From NCBI GenBank assembly GCA_951406725.2, contig OX597822.1, positions 69,006,001 to 69,070,000 of the forward strand: a DNA stretch of 64,000 bases, in the 5' to 3' direction. Numbering within the stretch: position 1 is the first letter of the stretch; the number at the start of each line of letters is the position of its first letter. Both the position numbers and the translations under genes were made by a program. Source of the DNA: Octopus vulgaris. Its lineage: Eukaryota. Shown here one piece after another: positions 25,949 through 37,942 of this stretch. The notes beneath the pieces were generated by a model. The model was not told the DNA's origin. It did not search any database and was given only the letters and a program-made list of their open reading frames with translations.

Positions 25949-26514
25949 TTGGGTTGTCTGGAAAGTTCATGCCAATTTATTGTAGCTTACCTTTCGATGT
26001 GTTTTAGAACATGGTTGAGTCCATAAAATAGGATTTGACTACACCTCCATTTAGAGCACAGTTTAAGCTATCTTTTCGTGGAAGAAGGTTTATGTTCCTA
26101 TAACCTGTGTTAATTCTGTAACCCTTTAAAATAGAAGATAAGAAAGTTCATTTTCGGCACTTGATGCTTTGGGAACCAGACAAAAATTGCTGCAGCTCGG
26201 CTGGGATGTGTTACCCCACCCTCCATATCCATCAGATATTGCTCCTTCGGATTTCCACTTATTCAAGTCTCTGCAGAATAGTCTTAATGGTAAAAATTTC
26301 AATTCCTTGGATGATGTAAAAAGATACCTTGATGAATTCTTTGTCATGAAACCACTTCAATTCTGGGAAGAGGGTATTTTCAAGTTAAAGGAAAGATGGA
26401 GATGCATTGTGCAACAAAATGGTTCATATCTGGTTGATTAAAAATGTAATGGCAAGCATTCATTGACCTTTTTCTTTCCTTTAAAAATCAGCACGAACTT
26501 TCCCGACAACCCAA
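25949..26514 (+). mobile_element. Internally deleted mariner (Tc1/mariner) transposon
   Basis: TA target duplications at 25947-48 and 26515-16. Imperfect ~30-bp TIRs ttgggttgtctggaaagttcatgccaattt / aaatcagcacgaactttcccgacaacccaa. Transposase N-terminus (EDKKVHFRHLMLWE) is fused to the C-terminus (LGWDVLPHPPYPSDIAPSDFHLF...GSYLVD). Confidence 0.92.
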
Positions 26515-28019
26515 TATCACCTTCTTTCTACAACACTTTTTAGGTTTAGCTGGGATACTACTGTGATTCATGCATTAAATGAAATAGACTCTCTTCTCTA
26601 GGGTCATTATTATCTCCTAACATCAATCATATTTAGTGTATGAGAAAGATGAATTTCTCAACGAACTATTATTTGATCAAATCACCTCAGTACATCCTTA
26701 GAATGAGATAATTGTTTACCAGTTGTACATGTGATGCAAATGGAGGATGAGAAATGAGTAAGGAAGTACCCAATGATCCAAGTGGAAGGGACTGGGAAGA
26801 AGTGGTGAAAGTTGATCTCAGGAAGCTGAACTTCATAAAAGAGATGATAATGTGATCCCCTTTGTTATCTCCAACCCCTGCAAGCATGAAAAAATAGTTG
26901 TGAAATGATGATGATGATATAACATTACATAGCTTTATATATATCATTGTGATGTGATTTCTGTGTCTCTGTAGCATTGTTTGTCTTTATAGGTCTGTGT
27001 GTTTTGATATGTCATTATATTACATTTTCGTGTTTGCACATCTCTGTGCGTTATCATGTTTTTTCTATTTGTGTTTATGTATGTTTTTATGCGTCAGAAA
27101 CAATTATATGTCTATAGTTTGTGAAAGGAGCAAACGTTTAATGTTAAATGTTTCTCTTTACCAAATCATTACAAGTTCCTTTCACCACTTTCTAAGTAGG
27201 TAGCTGGACTGATCACTCATTGACAGACAATTTCGGACACAAAAGGTCACAAATTTTATGCAAATTATTGCATTAATCTGTGAAATAAACAACTATTTAT
27301 ACCTCATTGTTCTGCTTTGTTTTGTCTCAAGAAATACTAAAACCATTGTAATACCAAACATACAAAAAAAGAATTTCATTTAATTTTTTCCTGAACTATC
27401 AACAACTGTTTCCCTCCTCATCACATTTTGTTATTATCTCTTTTTTTGTTTATTGAACAGAGAGATAATGCTGTAAAAATAATACTAGAAGTCTGACAGT
27501 CTCAGTTTAGAGACTGTAATCTCTTTAGTGTAGTATTTCTGGATTTAACTGATTCTTGTCAGAGCCATGAGCATCACAACCGCCCATTTCGCTATTTGTA
27601 TCAGAGAGCCATGTTCTCCTTGGCAGAATTACATAACAATCTGCTGTTATGCAACAATGTATAATGCTGTTATATAATATCAGCCTTGTGATAGTCTATA
27701 TTGAACTTTAATCATTCTGATGTTTTGGCTAGTATTTCTTCAGATTAAAAGGAAATACATTCTGTTTATAATTGCATGTGTAGGTGTGTGTGTGTGTGTA
27801 TATATATACTCTTTTACTTGTTTCAGTCATTTGACTGTAGCCATACTGGAGCACCACTTTTAGTCGAGCAAATCGACCCCAGGACTTATTCTTTGGAAGC
27901 CTAGCACTTATTCTATTGATCTCTTTTGCCGAACCACTAAGTTACGAGGACGTAAACACACCACCATTGGTTGTCAAGCGATGTTGGGGGACAAACACAG
28001 ACACACAAACATACACACA

Positions 28020-28064
<45 letters not shown>

Positions 28065-29294
28065 GCGACAGGCTTCTTTCAGTTTCCGTCTACCAAATCC
28101 ACTCAACAAGGCTTTGGTCAGCCCAAGGCTATAGTAGAAGACACTTGCCCAAGTGGGACTGAACCCAGAACCATGTGGCTGGTAAGCAAGCTACTTACCA
28201 CACAGCCACTCCTATGTATGAATAGATAGACACAGATATAGGTGTGGCCATGTGCAAAAAAGGTTGCTGCCCAACCACTGTGTAGCACACCTTAGGCAAG
28301 TGTCTTCTACTATTGCTTCAGACTGGCCAAAACCTTATGAGTGGATTTGGTCGATGGATGGAAACTGAAAGAAGCCTGTTATGTGCATGTGTGTGTGTGT
28401 GTCCTTGTCATCATATGATAGTTGTAAATGAGTGTCATTGTTATACAAGCAATATCATTTATTTCCAGTATTCTGTGAGAACATGTCTAGCCATAGGGAA
28501 GTATTGGCTTGCTTGGAAGCAGATGAGGGTTAGCAACAGGAAAGGCATCCAGCTATAGGAAACCTGTCTCAATAAGCTCCATCCAATATGACAAAGTAGG
28601 CTTCAAAATGATGATGATATAAAATCAAATATAGACTTTTCAACAAAGAACTTAGAAATATCTTCCAATGGAGCCATGCCAGTCTTGTCTGAACCACCAA
28701 AGGTAAAAAAAAAAATCCACAAACACTACCCATATCGAGAAAACATCATTGCACCTCATCCCACTTAAATATGAGCAGTATGCAAGCACAGGTATGACTG
28801 TGCATAAGAAGTGTGCTTCCCAGCCACTTGGTTCTGGGTTCATTTGATTGAGTTTATTGAGACAGGTTTCCTATAGCTGGATGCCCTTCCTGTCACCAAC
28901 CCCCATCTGCTTCCAAGCAAGCCAATACTTCCCTATGGCTAGACATGTTCTCACAGAATATTGGATATAAATGATATTGCTTGTATGACAGTAACACCTT
29001 GGGCAAGCCTTTTCTACTACAGCCTTGAGTCAGCCAAAGCCTTGTGAGAGGATTTGGTAGATGGAAACTGAAAGAAGCCTGACATGTTTGTGTGTGTAGG
29101 TGTATTATATATATTTAATACACCTGTGGTAAGTGGCTAGGCATAGGAGTGGCTGTGTTAAGTAGCTTGCTTACAAACCACATGGTTCCAGGTTCAGTCC
29201 CATTGTGTGGCACCTTTGGCAAGTGTCTTCTGCTATAGCCTTGTGAGTGGATTTGGTAGACGGAAACTGAAAGAAGCCCATTGTATATATGTAT

Positions 29295-29338
<44 letters not shown>

Positions 29339-30380
29339 ATGTTTGTGTGTCTGTGTTTGTCCCCCCAACATCGCTTGACAACCGATGCTGGTGTGTTTAC
29401 GTACCCGTAACTTAGCGGTTCTGCAAAAGAGACCGATAGAATAAGTACTAGGCTTACAAAGAATAAGTCCTATAGCTGGAGGCCCTTCCTGTCACCAACC
29501 TTCATCTGCTTCCAAGCAAGCCAATACTTCCCTATGGCTAGACATGTTCTCACAGAATATTGGAAATAGGGTTGACTTGCTCGTCTAAAAGGTGGTGCTC
29601 CAGCATGGCCACAGTCAAATGGCTGAAACAAGTTAAAGAGTAAAAGAGAGTAAAGAGTATATATGTATATATCATCATCGTTTAATGTCCTCCTTCCATG
29701 CTGGCATGGGTTGGATGGTTAGATAGGAGCTGGCCATGCAGAAGCCTGCACCATACTTCTGTGTGTGTGTGTGTGTGTGTGTGTCCCCTATCATTTCTTA
29801 ATAACGAGTGTTGGTTTGTTTATGTCCTTGTAACTTAGCAGTTTGGCAAAAGAGACCAATAGAATAAGTACCAGGCTTAAATAAAAAAAGTACTGGGATC
29901 AATTTATTTGACTAAAATTCCTCCAGCTGATGCTCTGTCATTGACGCAGTCTAATGATTGAAACAAAAGGTAAATGATGCAACTAGTGCCCTTGTGATTG
30001 TTCCAGATGATCCTGTAGGCCTCAGTTGTGCAGAGGATCTCCCCCGGTGATCATCTGGAACAACCATGAGGGCACTTATTTGTTGCTGTGTACATTCACT
30101 GAACCAGATTTAATTTGAATGAGGAGCATTTACCACTAAATTCAGAGAACCTAACAAATAGGAACATCCAGGAATAACACTTTTGATGATGATTATCAAA
30201 GACAAGCCTGGTCAAATGTAAGGTCAATGCAAATATTGAAAGAAAACAAAATCTTTTATTTCCAAGGATAAAGTTTGGTAATCTGAAAAATTATAATTTA
30301 AAAATAAAAAGCAATATTACTAATGTAATTCTTGTTAAGTTTTTCCATCCAAATGACCTTACAATAATTTGTTATTGCAG

Positions 30381-30516
30381 CTTGTCGGAACCAAAGTCTT
30401 CAGAACAGCAAGATACTCTCACACATTTCTCTACGTTTGCTTTGAATGGCTTAGACGGAGCTATTCGATGGCACCATCTTCCCGGTGATTTCAGTGGTAA
30501 AAGATCAGAGGCAAAG
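30381..30516 (+). CDS. NERD1-like: Coding exon 3 (LSEPKSSEQQDTLTHFSTFALNGLDGAIRWHHLPGDFSGKRSEAK)
   Basis: ttgcag acceptor; first base completes the ACC codon from exon 2; AAG|gtatgc donor. Not in the ORF track. Confidence 0.88.
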
Positions 30517-32057
30517 GTATGCTATCAACAATTTATATTGCAGTTTCAGCGGTGATTTTTGTGAGTAGCTTGTCTGGTCAGTTCTGATTGGTCAGATTTT
30601 TGTGCTTAGCCTGTCTGGTCAGTTCTGATTGGTCAGATGTTTTTCATTTTGACTCATTATTCAGTATATTCAGTCAACCATTATTAACCCTTTAGTGTTT
30701 AAATCTGCCAGTTCCAGCTGCTCATATCTGCCCTACAATGTCATTTTAAAACTAAACAATCTTTTAGCTTTGAGATAATGCATGATTAATTCAAAATAGA
30801 GTTGGCAGAGCATCAGAAAGAATGTCTCATGATATTGGCTTTGATTCTTACCACTTTGAGTTCAAGTACTGCTAAGCTCAACTTCCCTCTTCACTCATTT
30901 AGGGGTCAGTAACTGGCATTTCATTAAGGTGGTTAGCATGGCAGACAAAATGCTTAGCGGTATTTCGTCTGCCATTATGTTCTGAGTTCAAATTCCACCG
31001 AGGTCGACTTTGCCTTTCATGCTTTTGGGGGTCAATAAATTAAGTACCAGTTACACACTGGGGTTGATGTAATCGATTTAATCCCTTTGTCTGTCCTTGT
31101 TTGTCCCATCTATGTTTGGCCCCTTGTGGGCAATAAAGAAATAAGAAACGTTAGCATGCTGGGTAAAATGCTTAGTGGTATTTTGTCTGTCTTTACGTTC
31201 TGAGTTCAAATTCTGCTAAGGTCGACTTTGCCTTTCATCCTTTCAGGGTTGATAAATTAAGTACCAGTTGCATACTGGCATCAATCTAATTGACTAGCTC
31301 CCTCCCCCTAAATTTCAGGCCTTGTGCCTAGAGTAGAAAAGAATAACAGGCACTTCATTGGTTATGACAACGAGTGTTCCAGTTGATCTGATCAATGGAA
31401 CATCTCTCATCTAGGTCGTCCCATAGTATGCCCTCCATAGGGGTTTTGGTTGCGCATACTGTAGGAGTCACAGGGCACTGCTCCATGTGGTCCTGCAGTT
31501 TCCATCTAACTAGGAATATTAGGGCTTCATTCATTGTCTTGTATTCAAGATCCTCTGCATGACATCCTGCTGGTTCAAAGCCAAGAATCTGATCTGTTAG
31601 GTCCTGCCGATAATGAAATCCATGCCCTGCTGCCGACAGAAATTAACATACAAGTGGCTGAGTACTCCACAGACATGTGTACCCTTAGCGTAGTTCTCAG
31701 GGTGATTCAGCTTGACACAGGCTTCTGGTCTAAGGTTCTTACAGTTCTGCCAATGCACCACCCTAGATTGAAATGGTTTTATTAGACCCCCCCACACACA
31801 CATGTAGGCACACGTGTGAGGCGGGGTCCAATTACACGTAGGCACATAGCTTAATGGTTGGGGCATTTGCCTCACAATTGTAAAGTCATGAATTCAATTC
31901 CTGGCAGCAGTTTGTGTTCTTGAGCAAAACACTTTATTTCAAATTGCTCCAGTCCACTCAGCTGGCAAAAATGAGTTGTATCTGTATTTTCACAATGTAA
32001 AGCACACTAGCTGTTTGTTAATGATGCTGATATTTAAATATTAACCTGAAACTTGTT

Positions 32058-32256
32058 GTAACCCTTTAGCATTTAAACTGGCCCAATTATTCTACTTGTT
32101 TTATGTTTTGACAAGCTAGTAGATCTGGTCTCTCACACCTACCCTACAATGTCGCTCTAAGCATAAGCAATCAGATTGTTGAAATCATGAAGCTGGGAAA
32201 TTATGCATTATTAATTCAAAACATTTGACAGGATAATCTGGATACTAAAAGGTTAA
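32058..32256. mobile_element. piggyBac-type MITE family 2 (partial copy at ~30684-30797)
   Basis: aaccctttagc ... actaaaaggttaa termini; internal sequence shared with 30684. Confidence 0.6.
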
Positions 32257-33041
32257 AACATGAAAGTACATATAAAAAATGTAAAAATTTTAAAATGAAA
32301 TGTAAAGATTGGACTATGTTGGAATTTGATGATGATGATAATATAGGTATAGGTGCAGGAATGGCTGTGTAGTAAGTAGCTTGCTTACCAACCACATGGT
32401 TCTGGGTTCATTCCTAATTTGTGACACCTTGGGCAAGTGTCTTCTACTGTAGCCTTGGGCCGACCAAAGCCTTGTGAGTGGATTTGGTAGATGGAAACTG
32501 AAAGAAGCCCGTCGTATATATATATATATATGTATGTATATGTTTGTGTGTCTGTGTTTGTTCCCCCACCATCGCTTGACAACTGATGCTGGTGTGTTTA
32601 TGTCTCTGTCTCCTAGCAGTTTGGCAAGAGAGGCCGATAGAATAAGTACTCGGCTTACAAAGAATAAGTCATAGGGTCAATTTGCTCAACTAAAGGCGGT
32701 GACTGAAACAAATAAAAGAATAAATGACTGAAACAAATAAAAGAATAAAAGAATAATAAAGTATGTGTGTGTGTTACATACATATATATATATCATCATC
32801 ATCATCATCATCATCGTTTAACGTCCGTTTTCCGCGCTAGCACGGGTTGGACGGTTTCGACCGGGGTCTGGAGAGCTCGGGACTGCCCCAGGCTCCAGTC
32901 TAGTCTGGCAGTGTTTCTACAGCTGGATGCCCTTCCTAACGCCAACCACTCCGCGAGTGTAGTGGGTGTTTTTTACGTGCCACCTGCACAGGTGCCAGAG
33001 GGGTCTGGCATCGGCCACGTTCGGATGGTGCTTTTTTTATG

Positions 33042-33675
33042 GGGGGGGGGTGCAGAAATATAGGGGAGCACCAGTGGGAGGGGTGGTTCAGAGGACAGGT
33101 AATAGGCAAGTAGAACGTAGGATATCGAGAGAGGGGTAATGCATGGTGAAATAGCGTATTGAAGAGGGGGTTCAAAGAGTAGACACCTATAATGGTGGTG
33201 GGGGGTGCAGAAATATAGGGGAGCACCAGTGGGAGGGGTGGTTCAGAGGACAGGTTCTAGGCAAGTAGAACGTAGGATATCGAGAGAGGGGTAATGCATG
33301 GTGAAATGGTGAAATAGCGTATTGAAGAGGGGGGTTCAAAGAGTAGACACCTATAATGGTGGTGGTGGGGGTGCAGAAATATAGGGGAGCACCAGCGGGA
33401 GGGGTGGTTCAGAGGACAGGTTCTAGGCAAGTAGAACGTAGGATATCGAGAGAGGGGTAATGCATGGTGAAATAGCGTATTGAAGAGGGGGTTCAAAGAG
33501 TAGACACCTATAATGGTGGTGGGGGGTGCAGAAATATGGGGGAGCACCAGTGGGAGGGGTGGTTCAGAGGACAGGTTCTAGGCAAGTAGAACGTAGGATA
33601 TCGAGAGAGGGATAATGCATGGTGAAATAGCGTATTGAAGAGAGGGGTTCAAAGAGTAGACACCTATAATGGTGG
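33042..33675. repeat. Four tandem copies of a ~155-bp purine-rich unit
   Basis: tgcagaaatat anchor recurs at 33051, 33206, 33372 and 33527. Confidence 0.9.
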
Positions 33676-34283
33676 GAGAAACGACATCCGGTATAGTTGG
33701 AGCAAAATAGAGATATCCGGTATTGGTGGTAGGGGTGGGTAGGGAGGGCGCGCCGCGAAGAACCGGCAGCCAATTTCTAATCAGCCCTGTAAGGGAGATA
33801 GAACCTAAATATCTATAACGATAACTAGTGAATTATACAGAATATGCAAAAACGAGGCGAGGCTGAAATAGTAAACAGAGTGGCGACTAGGGGGATCAGA
33901 ATAATAATAATTAATAAATAATAATAATAAATAGAGATACGGATGAATTAAAGTTCAAAGATTTCTTATCTTGGGATCACTTCGTTTACGGACAGACTTG
34001 GCAGAAGGAGTTCGGAATCAAGAGTGAGGCAGGTTACTAGCTTAAGTATGCATGGCTATGTCGAGGAGTAGGAAGAGGAGTCCAGACAGACAATGTAAAA
34101 AGAGGGGGAGAGAAACCCCGCGAAGAACCGGCAGCCAATTTCTAATCAGCCCTGTAAGGGAGATAGAACCTAAATATCTATAACGATAACTAGTGAATTA
34201 TACAGAATATGCAAAAACGAGGCGAGGCTGAAATAGTAAACAGAGTGGCGACTAGGGGGATCAGAATAATAATAATTAATAAA

Positions 34284-37200
34284 TCATCATCATCATCATC
34301 ATCATTTAGCATCCGTTTTCCATGCTAGCATGGGTTGGACGGTTCTGCTGGGGTCTGTGAAGCCAGAAGGCTTCATCAGGCCCAGTCAAATCTGGCAGTG
34401 TTTCTACGGCTGGATGCCCTTCCTAACGCCAACCACTCCGTGAGTGTAGTGGGTGCTTTTTACGTGCCACCCGCACTGGTGCCAGCCAGAGCTGGCAAAC
34501 GGCCACGAACGGATGGTGTTTTTTATGTGCCACCGGCACGAGGGCCAGGCGAGGCTGGCAACGAACACGAAACGGGGCGGTGCTGGCAACGGTCGCGAAA
34601 CGGAAGGTTCTCTTACATGCCACCGGCACTGGTAACACATCTGCAATTTCCATTGATCGATTTCGATTCTGATCCTCACTTGCCTCAATGGGTCTTCACA
34701 AGCAGAGTTTCGACATGCCACCGGCACTGGTAGCACATCCGCAATTTCCATTGATCGATTTCGATTCTGATCCTCACTTGCCTCAACACGTCTTCACAAG
34801 TAGAGTTTTGTGTCCCAAGAAGGGAAGGTATGCATACGTAGGCTGGCTCCATCCCATGTAGAAGGCCACGGGTTGTGGACTCACTTGTCCTGCCGGGTCT
34901 TCTCGCGCACAGCACACTTCCAGAGGTCTCGGTCTCTAGCCATTTCCTCGGTGAGACCTAAAGTTCGAAGGTCGTGCTTCACCACCTCGTCCCAGGTTTT
35001 CCTGGGTCTGCCTCTTCCACAGGTTCCCTCAACCGCTAGGGTGTGGCACTTTTTCACACAACTATCTTCATCCATTCTCGCCACATGACCATACCAGCGC
35101 AAACGTCTCTCTTGCACACCACAACTGATGCTTCTTAGGTCCAGCTTTTCTCTCAAGGTACTTACACTCTGCCGAGTGTGAGTACTGGCATTACACATCC
35201 ATCGGAGCATACTGGCTTCATTTCTAGCGAGCTTACGCATATCCTCAGCAGTCACGGCCCATGTTTCACTGCCATGTAGCATGGCTGTTCGTACACACGC
35301 ATCATACAGTCTGCCTTTCACTCTGTGCGAGAGGCCTTTTGTCACCAGCAGAGGTAAGAGCTCTCTGAACTTTGCCCAAGCTATTCTTACTCTAGCAGTT
35401 ACACTTTCAGCACACCCGCCCCCGCTGCTGACTTGGTCACCTAGGTAACGGAAACTATCAACTATTTCTAGTTTTTCTCCCTGGAAAGTGACAGAAGTTG
35501 GTCTCAGAGCATTTTCAGTGTTTATTGTTCCTGAGCATCTGCCACATACAAAAACCATCTTCCTAGTTAGCCTTCCTTTGACATTGCTGCATCTCTTATG
35601 TGTCCATAGCTTACACTTGGTGCATCTTATAGAGTTTCTACCTACACCTTTTCTACAGATCGAGCAGGGCCATCTACCTGAAGGTGTTTGTGATTTGTCT
35701 ACCTTCCTACTGATTACGACTTTGGTTTTAGCTAGATTGACTCTGAGGCCCTTCGATTCTAATCCTTGTTTCCACACCTGAAACTTCTCCTCCAGTTCTG
35801 ATAGCGACTCAGCAATTAGAGCAAGGTCATCAGCATAGAGGAGCTCCCAAGGGCATCCTGTCTTGAATTCCTCCGTTATTGCCTGGAGGACTATGATAAA
35901 TAGGAGGGGGCTGAGTACTGAGCCTTGGTGGACCCCTACCTCTACCCGGAATTCTTCACTGTACTCATTTCCAACCCTCACCCTACTAGCGGCGTCCCTA
36001 TACATGGCCCGCACAGCTCTCACTAACCATTCATCTATCCCTAGTTTTCTCATTGCCCACCAGATAAGGGATCGGGGGACCCTGTCGAAGGCTTTCTCCA
36101 TGTCAACAAAAGCCAGGTACAGGGGCTTATCTTTGGCTAGGTATTTCTCCTGCAGCTGCCTTACCAGGAATATAGCATCAGTAGTACTTTTCCCTGGCAC
36201 AAACCCAAACTGCATCTCATCTAAACTAACTCTCTCTCTAATTAGTTGGGCTATGACCCTCTCCGTAACCTTCATCACCTGGTCCAACAGCTTGATACCT
36301 CTGTAGTTGTTTGTATCTAGGGCATCACCTTTACCTTTGTAGCAGTTGACTATTATACTGCTACACCAGTCATTGGGTATGACCCCTTTGTGTATCACCT
36401 GATTAACTATATGGGTGACTAGGCTATAGCCGACACTACCAGACATTTTGAGCATCTCTGCAGTGATTCCTGATGGACCTGGGGCTTTCCCTGTCTTCAT
36501 GCTTCTAATTGCCTTAGCTACCACAGAACTATCAACTCGGATAGCTGGTCCCTCTGTTGGGTCAACATTCGGCAGACTCTCTTTATCCCATTCATTTTCT
36601 TCATTCAGCAACCTTTCATAGTGGCATCTCCAAACCTCTCTCTTTGCATCCTCATTTAGCGCAAGTGAACCATCTTCCATGCGAACACACTTCTCTCCTA
36701 CCACATCACGATTCTCTCTCACACACTGTCTTGCAACACGAAACACCTCCAGTCTTTGGTCCTCACGGCGCAGAACATTGGCAAATTTTTTCTTATCTGC
36801 TTCCCCTCTGGCTAAATAAACCTGTCTCCTAGCTTCTCTTTTGGCAGTCTGATACAATTCCCTGCTACCCCCATTTTTCCAGACCTTCCAAGCCTGTCTC
36901 TTTTCTCTAATAGCCCTGTCTACAATATTGTTCCACCACCACGTTATTCTAGGTCGAGAGGGGACTTTGCACCAGCCACAGATCTGGTCAGTGGCTCTCA
37001 GCAGGTTGTCCCTTAGAAACGTCCAGCTGTCTTCTACCCCCTGTGATGCTCTATCCCCTTCTACTTCGTCAGAGGCTTCAAGTAATATGTCCCTAAATCT
37101 CTGTCCATTTGCAGGATCTTTAAGCTTCCAGATCCTTCTTCTCCATATTTGTCGTCTTCTGGTTGTCCTCCTAGTCCTGATCCTAAAGTCACTAACTACC

Positions 37201-37686
37201 AGTCTATGTTGTGGGGTACATTCTTCACCTGGGAAGGTTTTGGCATTTATAAGCAGCCATCTCTCCCTTTGCCTTGTAAGGATGTAGTCAATTTGGCTGG
37301 TATGTTGGCCCGATTGGTAAGTGACTAGGTGGCTGGTAGGTTTCCTGAAGTTAGTGTTGCAAATCATAAGATTATTTGCATCGCAGAACTCCAGCAGCCT
37401 GGTTCCCTCCTCGTTGCGGGAGCCATAGCCGTAGCCTCCATGTACGCCATGGAAGCCCCCAGCATGTCGTCCAACGTGACCATTGAAGTCACCAGCCACA
37501 AAGATAAGGTCTCTGTCGTTCGTCAATGAGGTAGTCTGCAGTAGAGTGTCATAGAATCGGTCTTTCTGTCCATCGGGTAGCCCCGACTGAGGAGCATAGG
37601 CTGATATAATGGTTGCTAAACTATGATGAAGCACTAATCTAATCTTAAGTATTCTGTCACTTACTCTGATTACCTCAATTACTTTT
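34284..37686 (-). mobile_element. Young 5'-truncated RTE-clade LINE with ~600-nt 3'UTR and (ATG)n tail
   Basis: Uninterrupted ORF with the C-terminal part of the APE endonuclease (AYAPQ, AGDFNGHVG, SQIDYIL) and an RT domain (NYRGIKLL, QFGF, HQGSVLSPLLF, YADD). RTE-type C-terminus GRGRPRKTW. (CAT)n tail at 34284 on the + strand. Confidence 0.95.
34881..37634 (-). CDS. RTE LINE endonuclease-reverse transcriptase ORF (917 aa annotated; frame stays open to the 5' truncation at ~37685)
   Basis: ORF track. The reading continues upstream as KVIEVIRVSDRILKIRL to the junction, so the N-terminus of the endonuclease is missing. Confidence 0.93.
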   Translation of the reverse strand: MLHHSLATIISAYAPQSGLPDGQKDRFYDTLLQTTSLTNDRDLIFVAGDFNGHVGRHAGGFHGVHGGYGYGSRNEEGTRLLEFCDANNLMICNTNFRKPTSHLVTYQSGQHTSQIDYILTRQRERWLLINAKTFPGEECTPQHRLVVSDFRIRTRRTTRRRQIWRRRIWKLKDPANGQRFRDILLEASDEVEGDRASQGVEDSWTFLRDNLLRATDQICGWCKVPSRPRITWWWNNIVDRAIREKRQAWKVWKNGGSRELYQTAKREARRQVYLARGEADKKKFANVLRREDQRLEVFRVARQCVRENRDVVGEKCVRMEDGSLALNEDAKREVWRCHYERLLNEENEWDKESLPNVDPTEGPAIRVDSSVVAKAIRSMKTGKAPGPSGITAEMLKMSGSVGYSLVTHIVNQVIHKGVIPNDWCSSIIVNCYKGKGDALDTNNYRGIKLLDQVMKVTERVIAQLIRERVSLDEMQFGFVPGKSTTDAIFLVRQLQEKYLAKDKPLYLAFVDMEKAFDRVPRSLIWWAMRKLGIDEWLVRAVRAMYRDAASRVRVGNEYSEEFRVEVGVHQGSVLSPLLFIIVLQAITEEFKTGCPWELLYADDLALIAESLSELEEKFQVWKQGLESKGLRVNLAKTKVVISRKVDKSQTPSGRWPCSICRKGVGRNSIRCTKCKLWTHKRCSNVKGRLTRKMVFVCGRCSGTINTENALRPTSVTFQGEKLEIVDSFRYLGDQVSSGGGCAESVTARVRIAWAKFRELLPLLVTKGLSHRVKGRLYDACVRTAMLHGSETWAVTAEDMRKLARNEASMLRWMCNASTHTRQSVSTLREKLDLRSISCGVQERRLRWYGHVARMDEDSCVKKCHTLAVEGTCGRGRPRKTWDEVVKHDLRTLGLTEEMARDRDLWKCAVREKTRQDK

Positions 37687-37942
37687 AATAATAAATAGAG
37701 ATACGGATGAATTAAAGTTCAAAGATTTCTTATCTTGGGATCACTTCGTTTACGGACAGACTTGGCAGAAGGAGTTCGGAATCAAGAGTGAGGCAGGTTA
37801 CTAGCTTAAGTATGCATGGCCATGTCGAGGAGTAGGAAGAGGAGTCCAGACAGACAATGTAAAAAGAGGGGGAGAGAAACCCCGCGAAGAACCGGCAGCC
37901 AATTTCTAATCAGCCCTGTAAGGGAGATAGAACCTAAATATC

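Larger units (their letters stand above)
33753..37942. repeat. 365-bp tandem duplication (2 copies + partial third); copy 2 is split by the RTE insertion
   Basis: ccgcgaagaaccggcagcc at 33753, 34118 and ~37882; 33921-34178 reappears at 37687-37942. Confidence 0.9.

Noticed and set aside
35488-37529. Plus-strand ORFs overlapping the LINE
   Set aside because: Antisense shadows of the RTE ORF.
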